The notes: generated by a model not told the origin, from the sequence alone. DNA of 64,000 nucleotides from Chrysomallon squamiferum (GCA_012295275.1 CM022678.1:7626001-7690000), one strand, 5' to 3'. Shown: positions 29,120 through 43,574, numbered from the stretch's first letter. Numbers and translations: made by a program.

Positions 29120-29370
29120 AGAAAAACAGAAAAAGTAGTAATAGCAATTTTCTACTAGCGGATGGTAGCGGATATTTAAGGTTGTCTTTGTTATAAAGTT
29201 AAAAATGGATATCTGAATCTGTTTTTCAGTAGATACATTTCTCTTCTGTATACTAGGCATAGATAATCTTAATAAACTAATAATGTTTATATGTATATAA
29301 TCTTTTTATTATTATTATTAAGATCGTGAAGTCTATATATAGCAACTATAAACTAGAAAAAAGTTGTGTG

Positions 29371-29419
<49 letters not shown>

Positions 29420-29443
29420 GTAATTATAATAAGTAAATAAACT

Positions 29444-29600
29444 GCGGGTTTTGTATAACAAACATACAAAGTTTTAACATTTAAGAATTGAGATAAAATA
29501 GCTATGGCGGTATTTCCTTAACAAACAACCAAAGTTTTAAAATTTTAGAATTAAGATAATTAGCTATAGCGGGTTTTGTGTAACAAACAAAGTTTTAAAA
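29444..29600. repeat. ~63 bp tandem repeat x2.5
   Basis: gcgg..tt....taacaaaca...aaagttttaa recurs at ~29444, 29507 and 29569. Confidence 0.7.
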
Positions 29601-30011
29601 TGTGCCAGTCTAGGCTGGCTTCTCTTGCTTATTGAATTCGATGTTTTCATTGATATCTGCAGTAATCTAATAATTTGTAATCTTTGCACAGTCCGGTGGG
29701 CCCTTTTATGAAATGGACGTTAGTGGACCTCGAAATTCTGATCTTGTTTTGATAAGCGTTTGACAGCGGGTTAGGGTTAGATTTCTTCTCACTTGTGAAA
29801 TTTTGCAGTGTAATCTGTGTCATTAAAGGCGTATATGTTTCACACACACACGTGATTTCCGTTAGTGTGTCTGTATACAGTGTATGTTTGTGTGTGTATG
29901 TGTACGCGTTTGTGTGATTTTTGTGTTTAGTGCGTGTTGTATGTGTATGTGTGTGGTTTATAAGATTAACTGCCTTTGCTGTTATAGGGAAATAAAGAGC
30001 TACCAAACACA

Positions 30012-30072
<61 letters not shown>

Positions 30073-30082
30073 AAACACGCAA

Positions 30083-30159
<77 letters not shown>

Positions 30160-31204
30160 AACACACTCACACACACACAACGTACGTAAAAAAAAAAGGG
30201 TCTTTCTTTTCTTAGGTGAAAGGGTCTCTTTATATGTTGTTTATTATTTGTACAGACTGAGCGAGATAAGTATAAGTACATTAATTACATTCATAAATAT
30301 TAATATATTTACATACTATAGACTATTAGATTGGGAAATAAATTTCAGTAAATTCATATTATAATATGTTAGATCGGGAAATTAGTTTAACGCTGACATA
30401 AATTATGTTGAAACGTGACCAATTGCACGTTTGTGTTGTATTTGTTTAATTGTAATGTATTTTATTTCTTTATTTAATAAATCGATTTATCTACATCATC
30501 TTTCTATGTGGAGTATGGTCTCGTGAAGATATCTGTCATTATAAAACACTCGTAACTTGTTTTATTGTTCACACCAGCAAACAAACAACATAGTAGGTTT
30601 CGCTTCAGTAAACAAATAAAATGTTATTTGAAAAAACTTCAAATTAGGTTATGCGGTGAATGGAGACTTGAAAATCTATATAAATGAAGAAAAAAAGAAA
30701 GAAAGTTAGAAGCAGAAGAAGAAAAATTCCTTTGTTCCTCAGTGAAACAAAATATTATCTTTATGTCCTTACAGTGGCCATATTCAAGATATTTTTCTTT
30801 TACTCCCCCCCCCCTCCAGGCGCTCTTAACTGAGAAAAAAGTCGGATATTTCACTTTGTCATTTCGACCTTTTCTTTCCAGGGAAAAAATATCTGTGCGA
30901 TAAATTTTCGCCAGGAAAGAAAAGTTCGAAATATATATATATATAAAACAAAAGAAAACAAAACATAATGCCTTTGTAACAAAAAACAGAAAGTAACAGC
31001 AACGTGTTAAAATAATTTACGTTTTTTTTTTTTGTAAATTTCTTGACGAAGCTGTAGATAAACAGAATGCGAATCAGCTGCACATTATCACCACATTTCA
31101 TATAATAATTAATATCGGGAACTTGTTTTATACTGTCATAAAATAATAATTCTACTCAGTGAGATTTGTTCCACACACACACACACACGTATATGAAGGT
31201 GTAT

Positions 31205-31305
<101 letters not shown>

Positions 31306-31654
31306 TATTATTATTATATGTGACTAAAAACATGCGCTATCTTCGTGTCCCTGTTTTTCATTGCTATTCATTATTTATATATCTTACAAAAGAAGGCATC
31401 GATTACCGCCTGTATATAACTATAGAAGTGTGTACCAGATCTGTTTTGGGTGTAGAAGTGTATTAACTTTCTCTGATTTCCAACAAACCTGTAAAGCGGA
31501 TTTCTGTTTATGACAAGATGAGAAAAATGTGACGGTTTTATTTAGGGATGCTATTCTTATTTATTCCTGAACAAACGTCTAAGATTTCATTATGTCATTT
31601 TGGCCTTTACTTCCCTCTCCTGCTCTCATACATAGATTCACTTACATATATATG

Positions 31655-31721
<67 letters not shown>

Positions 31722-31956
31722 ATCGATATTATTTTTAAAATATATATGAAATGAAAATTTATAATTAAATGTAACGACATTGTAACAAACAATAAAGGTA
31801 ATTGCAGAATGTGTTAAATTTAAATGCTTAGAAAAATAAGTGTGTTAGATAATTTCTTTAAGCTATTAAATGTGCTGACGTAATATCGAGTCCCTTATTT
31901 GGTAAAACTATTGATAAATATTACCATCCAAAAAAAAGAAGAAGATAGATATGGAA

Positions 31957-32053
<97 letters not shown>

Positions 32054-32604
32054 GATTTTTTTTATACTATTTATTACATTCTCCTGTATACACATGTAAA
32101 AGTATACTGTAGCTTCATAATGCTACAAATGTTTCATTAAAACAACATCTAAAAATGGAGTCAGTACAGTATCGGTCAAGGGGCAGCTTCTACCATATCG
32201 AACAATTCCCTTAATGCCTGCATTTACATTCATTTTTCTTATGAATGTCCGCATTATATATTACAATAACATAAATTTAATCGTTAATATGGTTTATTTA
32301 TTTATTTATTTACTTATTTATTTATTTATTTATTTTAAACAGAAAGAAATAAAGCTATGTAATACAGAGAAGGAATATATAGTATTATTTTATTACTATG
32401 ATGTATACGTGAATAAATCATATATTCACCTTGTATACTGTTTTTCATTATTATAGTTCATTCATATATCTTACGAAAATACCTGATACCGCCAGTTCAC
32501 TATTCAAGTTTAAACAAGATACAATTTTAGCGGTTAAATGTATTATCTTTCTCTTTCCAACTACAAGCCAGTCGCTATCTCCATTATTATTATATGTGTC
32601 GTAG

Positions 32605-32909
32605 GTTGTGACCAGAATTTTCTAAATTAATTGAGTGCACAAACCATGTTAAGGTAAGTTATTACTTTTCCAGCAGTTTACTTTGCCAGAAGAACTTAAA
32701 AGTTTCACGATTATTTTTTAATAAAAGAAACAAAAGTTTTATAGAAAACGTCTAAGCTCATACCCCTTCTTTTTCAGGAATTGGAACCTTCCGCTCAGTA
32801 AGTGTCGTCTGTAAAAACCGGGCTTCGCTAATGCAAGAGTAAATTGACATTGCAGACGAACAAGTGGAGAAAACCTTTGAGCTCTTAAAATTTTCATTCT
32901 CAAGACTAA
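32605..32909 (+). other. Probable 5'UTR exons of the TRIM-like gene (32605-32653, 32778-32909)
   Basis: gtag|...aag|gtaagt and ttttcag|...taa|gtaagt canonical boundaries upstream of the acceptor cacag|atATG at 33675. Confidence 0.5.
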
Positions 32910-32935
32910 GTAAGTCAAATTTATTATTATTATTG

Positions 32936-33019
<84 letters not shown>

Positions 33020-33497
33020 GTGTTATAAGATATTTTAGAATATCATTTTCAAATTCAGTTCCACGATTACTTTATCGTGCGAGGTATGTGTCACATTGCG
33101 AGAAACGATTTCTTTTCTAGTGATAAATTAACATGCAGCATTCATGGATACTCACATATGTTTAGTTTGTTGGTGTTTTTTTGTGATTTTTTCTTTGCTT
33201 CATACAATTTATTACCGCCGTCTTCGTTTATTATATTAGTATTGTCGCTCAGAATTTACAACAGACTGTCGTCTTCCTTCTCGAATTAAGAGTGACGTCA
33301 CAAGGTTAAATTTAGCAAGTTCGTAATGCACATTTATTTTACAAATAAGACTAAATAAAATAAATAAATAATTAAACAAACAGTTTATTTAGTGTATTTA
33401 TAATATGACATTTATTTGTATATACCATTGGTCGTATGAATTAAGTGGAATTAATATGAAATATTTACATCCAGTCAGTTATTTTCAATTGTTGTTG

Positions 33498-33567
<70 letters not shown>

Positions 33568-33626
33568 ATTTCTTAGTTACATTTTTCTTTCTCTGTATTT
33601 TCTTTTAGTCTTCCTTGTTGTTGTTG

Positions 33627-33661
<35 letters not shown>

Positions 33662-33677
33662 TTTATTATTCACAGAT

Positions 33678-34199
33678 ATGGCAACAGCTTCAGACTCCGA
33701 CGATAACTTATCATGCTGTCTTTGCTTCGAGATTTTCGACAAGCCACGAGTTCTTTCTTGTGGTCATTCGTTTTGTTCTAAATGCCTGCAGGAATTTTTC
33801 AGTCACAATTACAACAACGACGACACAGAAATAAGCTGCCCGTTCTGCAGGCAGAATGTCCACATCCGAGAGAGCACGAAACCAGTGTACACGTGGGCAG
33901 CCCAGTTTCCTATTAACAAGTCACTGGTCGACGCCATTAATGATCGGATACGATCAAAGTTTTGTGAGTCAGCAGTGTTTAAATCTATAGCAATAAAATA
34001 ATTAAAACAGAAACAGTGATTATTTAACTAAAAATATTTATGTCGTGTATTAACCATCGCAGCATAAAGAAAAAAAGGACATCTTATTTATAACATTTTT
34101 CTACAAAGATTTTACATTTAGTTGATAAATTCTCTAGCTCTTCACATTGTAGGCATATCTTTATTAATAGCATTAGTACTGAATATATTATAATTATTA

Positions 34200-34230
<31 letters not shown>

Positions 34231-35729
34231 TATTATTAATCAATTATTTAATCATGCATTCATTTATTTATTTACTTATTTATTTATTTATTTATTATTT
34301 ATTTCAGCAAAAAAGGGAGGCCACATTTCAATTCTGAGTTCTGTTTCTGAGAGTCTCAAATCCTACAAAGAAATTCTTCAGACAGAGATGGACGATAAGA
34401 TTCAGCCACTTCGCAAAGCCGTCGACATCAACGTCGTGGACACCACAGAAGAGGTCAGAAGGATTGGTAACACACTAATCACAGATTTCACAGCTGCAGT
34501 CCACAAAGAACAAGACAGGTTAATAAGAGAAATAGAAAAATCTCAGAAATTTGTAAACTCAGAAATAGACAAATTGTTCAGTGAACACAAACATCTGATT
34601 GATGAAAATGAAAAGTTTATAAAACTTGGTGAGGGTTTGTTAAAAGAAAAATCAGAGTCAGACATAAAAACAAATCTTCCAAAATTCACCAAACTTCAAA
34701 ACACAACTTCCGAGTTTCTGACAAAATCTCTTTCACAAATAGAAAAAAAAAATTCAAAATAAATCTGAGAAAATCTGATAAAAAGAAAGAAATTTCTGTG
34801 CACATCGGTGAAATTATCACAAACATCCACACAGACACACAGATAAACAGAGTGACAGACACACTCAAACACACAGACACCATTAACACTGAAACACAAC
34901 ACACAGTCACACAGATAGACAAACAGACATACACACTCAAACACATAGACACCATTAACACAAAAACACAAGAAGATAAAATAAATCCTTATGTGTCTTC
35001 CATTCTGGTGTCATGTGAGGACAAGAATAAAATTGTTGTTAGTGATTATTGGAATGAATGTGTAAAATGTTTTTGTTTAACATGTAAATCGCTGATAAAC
35101 AAACACGTGACTGCCACTGGTCCATGGGGTCTTGCTGAGTCACGTGATCAGCAGGGTGATGTCTTGTTGTCGTTGCTCTGCGAGATGAAAAGAAAATATT
35201 GTTTTTAAATTTGGAAAACTTCAAACTGATAAAAACAATTACAACTCATAAACAGTATTTCTATATCGCTGTGTTACCTGGCAACCGTCTCGCGGTCACT
35301 GGCAGTGTGTTGTTTAATCCGTGCTTTGACATACTGACAGACACTGGTCAGCTCATTAATTCTATCTCAGCAGATTTGATCCCCAGTCCGTGGAGACTCA
35401 CAGTTCACGATCAATGTCTGATTGTTGAGTCACACAGTGAAAACAGTTTATTTTGTGTGACGTCATCTGGTGACGTCAAATGGAAGTCACGTGATTCAGA
35501 CAAACTGAGCTACTTGACGGGTGTTACATGTGACAGGGAGGGAAATATTTTTGTTTGTGATTTAAATAGAAATTGTGTTGTTCAGTTGTCTCGAGATGGT
35601 AACATTACACGTGACATCCTCACTGACCAGGATGGACTGGCCGGACCTTACTGTGTCTGTTGTGATGACAACAAACTCTACGTGACACAGTTTAATGAAA
35701 TAAAAATATTTACGTGGTGTAAAAAGTAA
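33678..35729 (+). CDS. TRIM-like RING / coiled-coil / NHL beta-propeller E3 ligase; two frameshifts (possible pseudogene or assembly error)
   Basis: Exon 33678-33963 MATASDSDDNLSCCLCFEIFDKPRVLSCGHSFCSKCL...CPFCR...WAAQFPIN (C3HC4 RING) splices in phase 1 to 34308, continues in frame through a coiled coil, then NHL-type repeats (KIVVSDYWNECVK, GPWGLA, LTGVTCDREGNIFVCDLNRNCVVQL, GPYCVCCDDNKLYVTQ), stop at 35729. Frameshifts at the A10 run ~34743-34752 and at ~35164. Confidence 0.85.
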
Positions 35730-35994
35730 ACTTCAAACTGTCTGCTAAGTTAGTTTCACTGAACTGTTTTGAAGTTCAAAGTCCACAGACATTTCTTTCT
35801 GATAAATAAACAGAAAATCAGTTATTTATTTACTGTACGGTAATTAATTTAGTTAATTTGTTTACTTTCTTAATTTTTACTTTTAAATATGTTATTTATT
35901 TATTATGAATTATTTCACTGTTTAACCTTGCTAAATTACAAAATAGATTTCACTTTAAAACTTTTGAAATTTTCACCAAGTTTTGTCATTTAAT

Positions 35995-36075
<81 letters not shown>

Positions 36076-36529
36076 CTTACATCTAAACTATAGTTTATTT
36101 CAAATAGTATTGTAATATTTAAAATATATTTGTACAATCAAAACTGTAATAAAATATTTATATGATAATTAAAAAGGTTGTTCTGTGTTTATTTCATATA
36201 AATTTTAAAACTATTTTACATTGTTTCGTGAAATCATACACCACATACAAAACAGTGGACTGCTAGTACTAGTTATAGACTTCTAATAATTAAAGAAATA
36301 ATAAAATAAAATAAGTAAAATAAAAAATGCTCGTTATATTAATGTGTCGGCGACGCAAACATATTTTTTCGCGTTAGGTTAATTTCATGTTTTACGTGTT
36401 TACTACGCGGTATTATATCGAAACAAAACTAATTAAAAACATGATAAATGTATTTTAACTGAAATACTTTTCAAATAAAGATAGTTTACAGTACAGAAAC
36501 CATGTTATGTAATATGTTGTTGATTTATA

Positions 36530-36680
36530 CAGTGGAACCTCGAGTTACGAACTTAATTGGTTCCAGAATTCGGTTCGTAAACCGAACTGTATGTAAACCG
36601 AAGCGATGTCAGACACAGGAACGTCGCTCTCATGTTTTGCAATTATTTCTTTCTTAACCTTTCCTGTGATACGTTTATAC
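36530..36680 (-). mobile_element. Tigger/pogo DNA transposon remnant (TIR plus CENP-B-type HTH fragment)
   Basis: TA|CAGTGGAACCTCG terminus at 36528-36542; minus-strand KRITGKVKKEIIAKHESDVPVSDIA resembles the Tigger transposase N-terminal HTH. Confidence 0.75.
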
Positions 36681-36684
36681 AGTG

Positions 36685-36774
<90 letters not shown>

Positions 36775-37003
36775 TGTGAAATGAGGAATGAGTGTGTACG
36801 TGTAAATCAGAGTGGATAGAAGAGCTGTTTAATTGTGAAAATGTTAACATGTTTATTATGTGATTTCATCATTATTCATCTGTTTATTTCACACCACACT
36901 TCATTACGGTATCTCAGAGAAAATGAATAAAATGAATAATAATTAAAATAAAAATTTAAAAATATTTTATATTATGTTTCCACCTAGTTTTAGTGTGAGA
37001 TAA

Positions 37004-37311
37004 CAGCCCATAGATTCCTATGTACAACTCAGTCTTCCCTTACTCTGTTACGTCAATGTCTCCAAAATCTACACAGTAATCAGCCCATAGATTCCTATGT
37101 ACAACTCAGTCTTCCCTTACTCTGTTACGTCAATGTCTCCAAAATCTACACAGTAATCAGCCCATAGATTCCTATGTACAACTCAGTCTTCCCTTACTCT
37201 GTTACGTCAATGTCTCCAAAATCTACACAGTAATCAGCCCATAGATTCCTATGTACAACTCAGTCTTCCCTTACTCTGTTACGTCAATGTCTCCAAAATC
37301 TACACAGTAAT
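37004..37311. repeat. Perfect 77 bp x4 minisatellite
   Basis: Identical units start at 37004, 37081, 37158 and 37235. Confidence 0.97.
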
Positions 37312-37737
37312 CCAGAGCTTCAACAGTCCTGGTGTCAACAGCTATGAAGGTTTCTGTTGTTCTGTTCGGAATATTTAATATTTTGATCAAAGTCTTTTTA
37401 TTTGTTATAGACATTCCAGAAAGGAGTTAGTTGATGATGAAGTTATTGATACTGGGTGATGTTGTTGATAATAGAGTTATTGATATAGGTTGATAATGAC
37501 ATTATTGATACTGGGTGAAGTTGGAGTTACTCGAACTGTGACAAAGCCTGTCTCAGGAATGTTTTATCTGATTATAAAGTGACTGCTAGTTCTATCATTT
37601 AGTGTTCGTGCATGTGTGTGTGTGTGTGTGTGTGTATTTCTTTGTAGGTGTACAGTTTTATTATTAAATAATCCCATCTATTCATATGACAACTGTATAA
37701 CTGCCATATAGAAAAATTAAACGAGAAAATGTTGTTA

Positions 37738-37769
<32 letters not shown>

Positions 37770-38905
37770 AATAAAAGTTAAACGCATTAAAACATTTTCA
37801 TAAATAAACTATGGAACTGAATGGACGTATTAAGATTTCTGTTTCGCTGTCTTTAGTGCGCGAGTTTCTTCACGTATTCATAAAACCTAAAGATAATTTA
37901 AAAAAAAAATAAAATAAAATAAAAAGGAAATGCGTGAATGTACAAATAAGACATTATCAGCACGTTATACACTGTGTTACAATTACAAACTTTGTATTCT
38001 GTATGGAGTGAATGTGTTCATAGTCTCTTTAAGTAAATTTGTATATACTGTTTAAAAAAAGTAAGGTACTCTAATAATGATTTTACAATTGACAAATGTG
38101 TATGTAAGTTAACTGTGGGGAACGGCAATAAATATTATTAAATAAATGAAGGATCGGAACGAGTTTCATCGTCCGCGTAAAAATGACTAAAAACAAAACG
38201 ATAATAACTGTATCATCGACAGAATGAAAACAACAATAACAAAAAATCAACAAAAAAACAAACAAAAAACAACAACATGATAATTGTCCTATGACATCGG
38301 AAATGAGTTTCATTTGATATTTACATGAATGTTTGTTTTTGGGGGTTTCATTTTAATAATCAAAGTAACCGTTTTTCTGTCAATCTAAACCAAGTATTTA
38401 TAAGTTTTATAAATTATTTAACTCTAAAAGAAGCTGGTGTTGTTAAAAAATCGTTCTATTTCCTGTAATCTAATCACGAACCTTTTTCTCAAAACCGCGG
38501 TTTGATTTATTGATATAGTGTTTTATTATGTGTTTTTTAAATTATTATGTATGAATGTCTCCTCAAATGCGGTCTACGGCCTGAGTGTAAGTAACGTTCA
38601 GTTCAGTTCAGTGTGCATTTGTGTTTGTGAAACGTGTCTGTGTGCGTACGTGACTCACTCTTACATCGATGATTGAATGAAAAACAATCAATGAATAAAT
38701 ATGTATATAGTAAAATATTTCCGTATGCGTTATGCGTGTTTAATGCGTACAAGGATAGCACGAATGAATGTAGGCGTGTGTGTCTGTCTGTGTGTCTGAA
38801 ATCAGTGTCTGTGTCTTCCATTCTCTGCCTTCCAGCTTGTCTCTTCATCTCCTGTCTTTCCTTTGGATCGTCTCATTTTACAGAACCGTATTTTTGTAGT
38901 TTTTC

Positions 38906-38908
<3 letters not shown>

Positions 38909-39003
<95 letters not shown>

Positions 39004-39078
39004 GTCTTCATTCTTATTTTCAAATTTGTGTTCCTATCTGTCCGCGTTTATAAGCACCGCTACCTCTGCTGCAATTTA

Positions 39079-39141
<63 letters not shown>

Positions 39142-39330
39142 TCTCAACTACTACTACTACTACTACTACTACTACTGCTTCAACTACTACTACTACTATA
39201 ATACTTCTACTACTACTACTACTACTATTACTACTGCTTCAACTACTACTACTACTATTACCGCTGCCACTGATACAGTTCATACTATTACTACTACTAC
39301 TCCTCCTACTTTTATTACTATTACTAACAA
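38909..39330. repeat. (CT)n and (CTA)n microsatellites
   Basis: Seen directly. Confidence 0.95.
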
Positions 39331-40550
39331 TAATAATATTTAATACCAAATAATGTAATAAAAATGTTTCAAGCCGTTTTTACCACAAACCATTACACGA
39401 CACCAAGCAGTTCAGTCTTTCAAGAGTTTTGTACGTGACAGACATTGTTAGCGACTGAACAGATCAGAAAACTTATTACTATTATTATTATTAGTGTTGT
39501 TGTTGTTGTTGTTGTTGCTGTTGTTGTATAATAATAATTATTATTATTATATTGTTATTATTGCTGTTATTATCATTGCTGTTGTTATTACTATTATTGT
39601 TATTGTTGTTGTTATTATATTATTATTTTTGTTGTTGTTATTATTATTATTATTATTATTAAAAGGAAAAGACATACAGATGTGATTTTATGAGTTTCTG
39701 TAGTTACAGGATAAATAAATTGTTCACTTCTGAGCGAGTAAAAAAATCTGACAGTAAATTCAATACCCGACACAAGACATTTCATTAAGTTACTGACTTT
39801 TGGAAGAACGAAAAAAAAAAAAAAAAAAATTATAAAAAAAAAGGAAACATTTTTCATAGTTAATTTATTTATTTATGCACATCTGATGAGAACCTTCAAG
39901 ATAATTTGTTTATTCTTTAATTTTTTAATATACATTTTATTTATCTTGTGGTTTTAAATTTTAAAACATAAGATAAAAAATGTATATGTGTGTTTGCATT
40001 ATTATTATGTGTATATGTATGTGCGTATGTATGTATGTATGTGTATCTTCTGTGTGTTTGTATTTAGTCCGTATTCGTGTATTATGTGTGTATGTATTTG
40101 TGTATGTCTGTATGTGTGTGTTTGTGTATAGTCCTTACAGTGTCTGTAGTCCTTATAAAAGTTTTATAAATGGCAAAGGAACAAACTTAATTGATACAGT
40201 AAACAAGGGGAACTTAATAAAATACCAATAATGTTTTAGTAATTTAAGTTTAATTAAAGAGTGAAAACAACTGGGCAGACTGACCAGTCAGACACACGAA
40301 AACTTCGTCAGAGGATTATCAGAAAGATTTAAATCTCTCAAACAACCCGCAAAAAGAAATACCTGGAAATAGAATGTAACCGTGGAAAAAAAAAAAAAAA
40401 AATACTGCTACTGCTACTACTTTTATTATATAATGTATGTGTATGTATATATATATGTATATACCCTTAACCATTGTGACACAAATGTACCTCAAGGTCG
40501 GTTGATCACGGAAACAAAAGTAATTGTGTGTGTGTGTGTGTGTGTGTGGC

Positions 40551-40581
<31 letters not shown>

Positions 40582-42089
40582 AACAGTTATTTTTCGTGAA
40601 TTATATAGATAATTAAGAATTTACTCTAAATGTATACACAGATAATTCTATTTATTTGTTCTGATTTTTCTGCTCTTGATACGTTTTGGTCCATGATTAT
40701 AACTAAATGTCTAAAGGAAGTAAAAATTACACTGGAATGAAAATTATGCCGGCTGAAAACGGTAACTGCAGACTCAAACGCATTGAACATTCACTCAGTG
40801 ACAGTTATAATAAACGAAATAAGTTTTGTACTAAAGAGAAATGTGATTTAGTATTATAATTATAATTATTATTGTTGTTTGTTGTTGTTGTTGTTTTTGT
40901 TAATTAATGAATTTGTGACATTCAGCCTCTATTTGAACTCGGTAGAGAAAGGCAATTGATGATTATTTGTAACATATAAAACTAAATATTAATACTAAAT
41001 CTTTTTGTATGAATTTAAACAATGTGCTAAGATTGATTTGGCGCTAACAAAATATAACTTTGTTTCTTACATCTTCTATGGACAGTGAAACACTTTAATA
41101 CTTTGAGAAAATGTATCACTGTCCAATTACGTAATACATTTTACATCTTCATGTGATTACTTTTTATCTGATGTCATTTTATTTTATTTTATTTAGTAAG
41201 TTATTTATTTTTGGATTAAAAGAATAAACTGAAGTAGTTCATTCCAAAGAACAGTGATGGAGAGAGGGAGAGAGGGAGACAAGTAGCTTAACGAATTTAA
41301 GAGTTTTATTAGATTTCGGTTAATAAAAAATACAATATTAACACTGGGCTACGTAACTAACACTTTCCTCGATGACCTTGAAGAGAATCTATTCGTTATT
41401 CTTCTTCTTGTCTTATTATTATTCTTTATGTGAGTGTGTGTGTGTTTGTGTGTGTTTGCGTTTCTGTGCATGTGATAGTGAACGCATGTGAATCTGCATA
41501 TTAATGTTTTCACTGCAGATAGAACAAACTCAGTACAATTCAACACGACTGACAAGATTACCAAGTAGCAGACGTGAAAACGTTTTTCATTTAAATATAC
41601 TCTTCAAAAAATGTCGGGGAAACGTGAAAAATATTAATTTTGAATACGTTTTCATATTCCATACGTCGCACGTGCGTTACAAAGAACACGTGTACGGCAG
41701 GCGGGTGTGTGTGGGGGGGGCGTCATTCTGGACTTTGACTTTTTTTCAGGAATGTGTTTAATCACTATGTAATATTATTTCTGTAAATTTTATTTGATTT
41801 TATTTATTTATTTTTTGTCTTCATTGTTTTGGTGATACAGTTTTTATCATTTTGTTTCTAGTCATTCGTTCCGATCGTTCATTTAATTAACTATTTTCAT
41901 AACATTTATTGTCATTCCCCAAAGTTAACTTTAATTACAATTTTGGCAATTGTAAAATCATTATAAGAGTTCCCTACTTTTTTTTTGAACAGTATATATA
42001 TAATAACGGTTCATTCTTAATCACTACATTTCTTTAGTAAATCGCGAATCCGCCAAGAAGAACGCTTTGACTAAAACATCAAATGAAAA

Positions 42090-42242
42090 CTAAGAGGAAG
42101 GCGGAGTTATTTTTTACATTAAATCTTATCAGCAGGTGAACGCGTGTTTTTTTTTTTTAACGCTTGCGCCTCGTATTGGAAGACTGACGTCAAATGATAA
42201 AATGTGCTGAGAGATCTCAGTTAGCGCGCGAAACAGCTGAAG
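42090..42242 (+). promoter_or_regulatory. CpG-rich promoter-like region with GC-box-like and CRE motifs
   Basis: aggcggag at ~42100, TGACGTCA at 42185-42192, dense CpG directly upstream of ATG 42243. Confidence 0.5.
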
Positions 42243-42342
42243 ATGGACGAATCGGCTCCACGGGGAGTAGCGGGGGCTGTGAACGAAGCTGCACTTACGA
42301 CTCTAATGAAGATGACGAAATATTCGATGATGCAACACAAAG
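42243..42342 (+). pseudogene. Orphan first coding segment of an RBM47/RBM46/A1CF-family RRM protein
   Basis: MDESAPRGVAGAVNEAALTTLMKMTKYSMMQHKG resembles the RBM47 N-terminus ([29 protein letters not shown]). The expected GQRKYGGPP/RRM continuation was not found. Confidence 0.8.
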
Positions 42343-42524
42343 GTGTGGAGTCTGTCTGATCAGCAAGTTATACAATGACTAACAATATGTAATTATATAC
42401 AAAACATACATTCTTCTTATCCTACAATCTAATTTCTCTTATTATTACTAATATACATTATATATATAGAAATATAATCATGTCAAGAGCTTATTAATCC
42501 TTTCTCCACTAAGTTATGAAGTTT

Positions 42525-42555
<31 letters not shown>

Positions 42556-42739
42556 CATAATATAGATATTATATAAAAATAACAAAGACATTTCATAAAA
42601 ATATTTTTTATTTAAATATTTAATTACTGAACGTTCCTGAATAATTTTACAGCCATTTTAATTGCAAGTTGAAATTATGAAATCTTTAGAAATGTTTTGA
42701 GCAATACAGATAGGTCCATCTTTTCACCAAAAATAACTG

Positions 42740-42813
<74 letters not shown>

Positions 42814-43260
42814 TTGTTTCCGTGAGCAAATGACCTTGAGGTACATTTGTGTCACACTGGTTAAGGGTCTCAGTTTGAGGACTGTGATAAGGTAAAGTCA
42901 ACACTGTAACGTAAAACAGAAAAATCTTGTTAAGATGATTTTCTAACTCCCCATTCTGATTACTTCCCTCCCTTTAGCATCTAGCACCAGAGTAATTTTT
43001 CAATTTTAAATATATTTTTCAACATTATTGATTTTTTAGAAACAGTTTTGGAGTTACTGTCAAGAGACAAAATATGGTTCCTTACAAAGAAAAAAAAAAA
43101 AAAAGAAATAGTATTGCTGAACAAGCACACATGTCTGATTTGCAACAATATTTTCTTTGTATTTTTAAAAATACGGTTTTGATTGCTTTACATGTGTAAC
43201 TAACTTACAACAACCCTGCCCACTCCCTCAGTTCTGTATTTGATTGACAAATAATAAATA

Positions 43261-43302
<42 letters not shown>

Positions 43303-43574
43303 GTCTTGTCAGTCAAGCAATATTCATTTTCAGTGTCTGTCAGTAGATTAGATGATTCATAACAGCAGGGATGTACTGTAACCATGGCTACCTGTAATAA
43401 CATGAAAACTGAAATGTAATTTACGTTCTTTTTCCCATCTTTCTACAGACAACTCAAAAATGTTTGTTAACCTGAATAATAGTAAATATTAGTTGAATAA
43501 AACACTGTTATTTTTTAAAATTACTATTATTATTATTGTTGTTGTTGTTGTTGTTGTTGAGAGAGTTACTCATA

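Larger units (their letters stand above)
40463..42868. mobile_element. Candidate non-autonomous element with ~140 bp inverted arms (40463-40600 / 42723-42868)
   Basis: acccttaaccattgtgacacaaatgtacctcaaggtc..cacggaaacaaaag-(TG)n-acagttatttttcgtgaa is reverse-complemented at 42723-42868. Confidence 0.6.

Noticed and set aside
29768-29780. gggttagggttag telomere-like repeat
   Set aside because: Only about two units; too short to call interstitial telomeric sequence.
37004-37311. CRISPR-like periodic array
   Set aside because: Units are fully identical with no unique spacers, and the context is eukaryotic.
38572-38581. gtctacggcc, matching the 5' end of 5S rRNA
   Set aside because: Only 10 nt match; the downstream sequence and internal promoter boxes are absent.
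42194-42382. ORF MIKCAERSQL...
   Set aside because: Alternative frame of the RBM47-like exon, whose ATG is at 42243.
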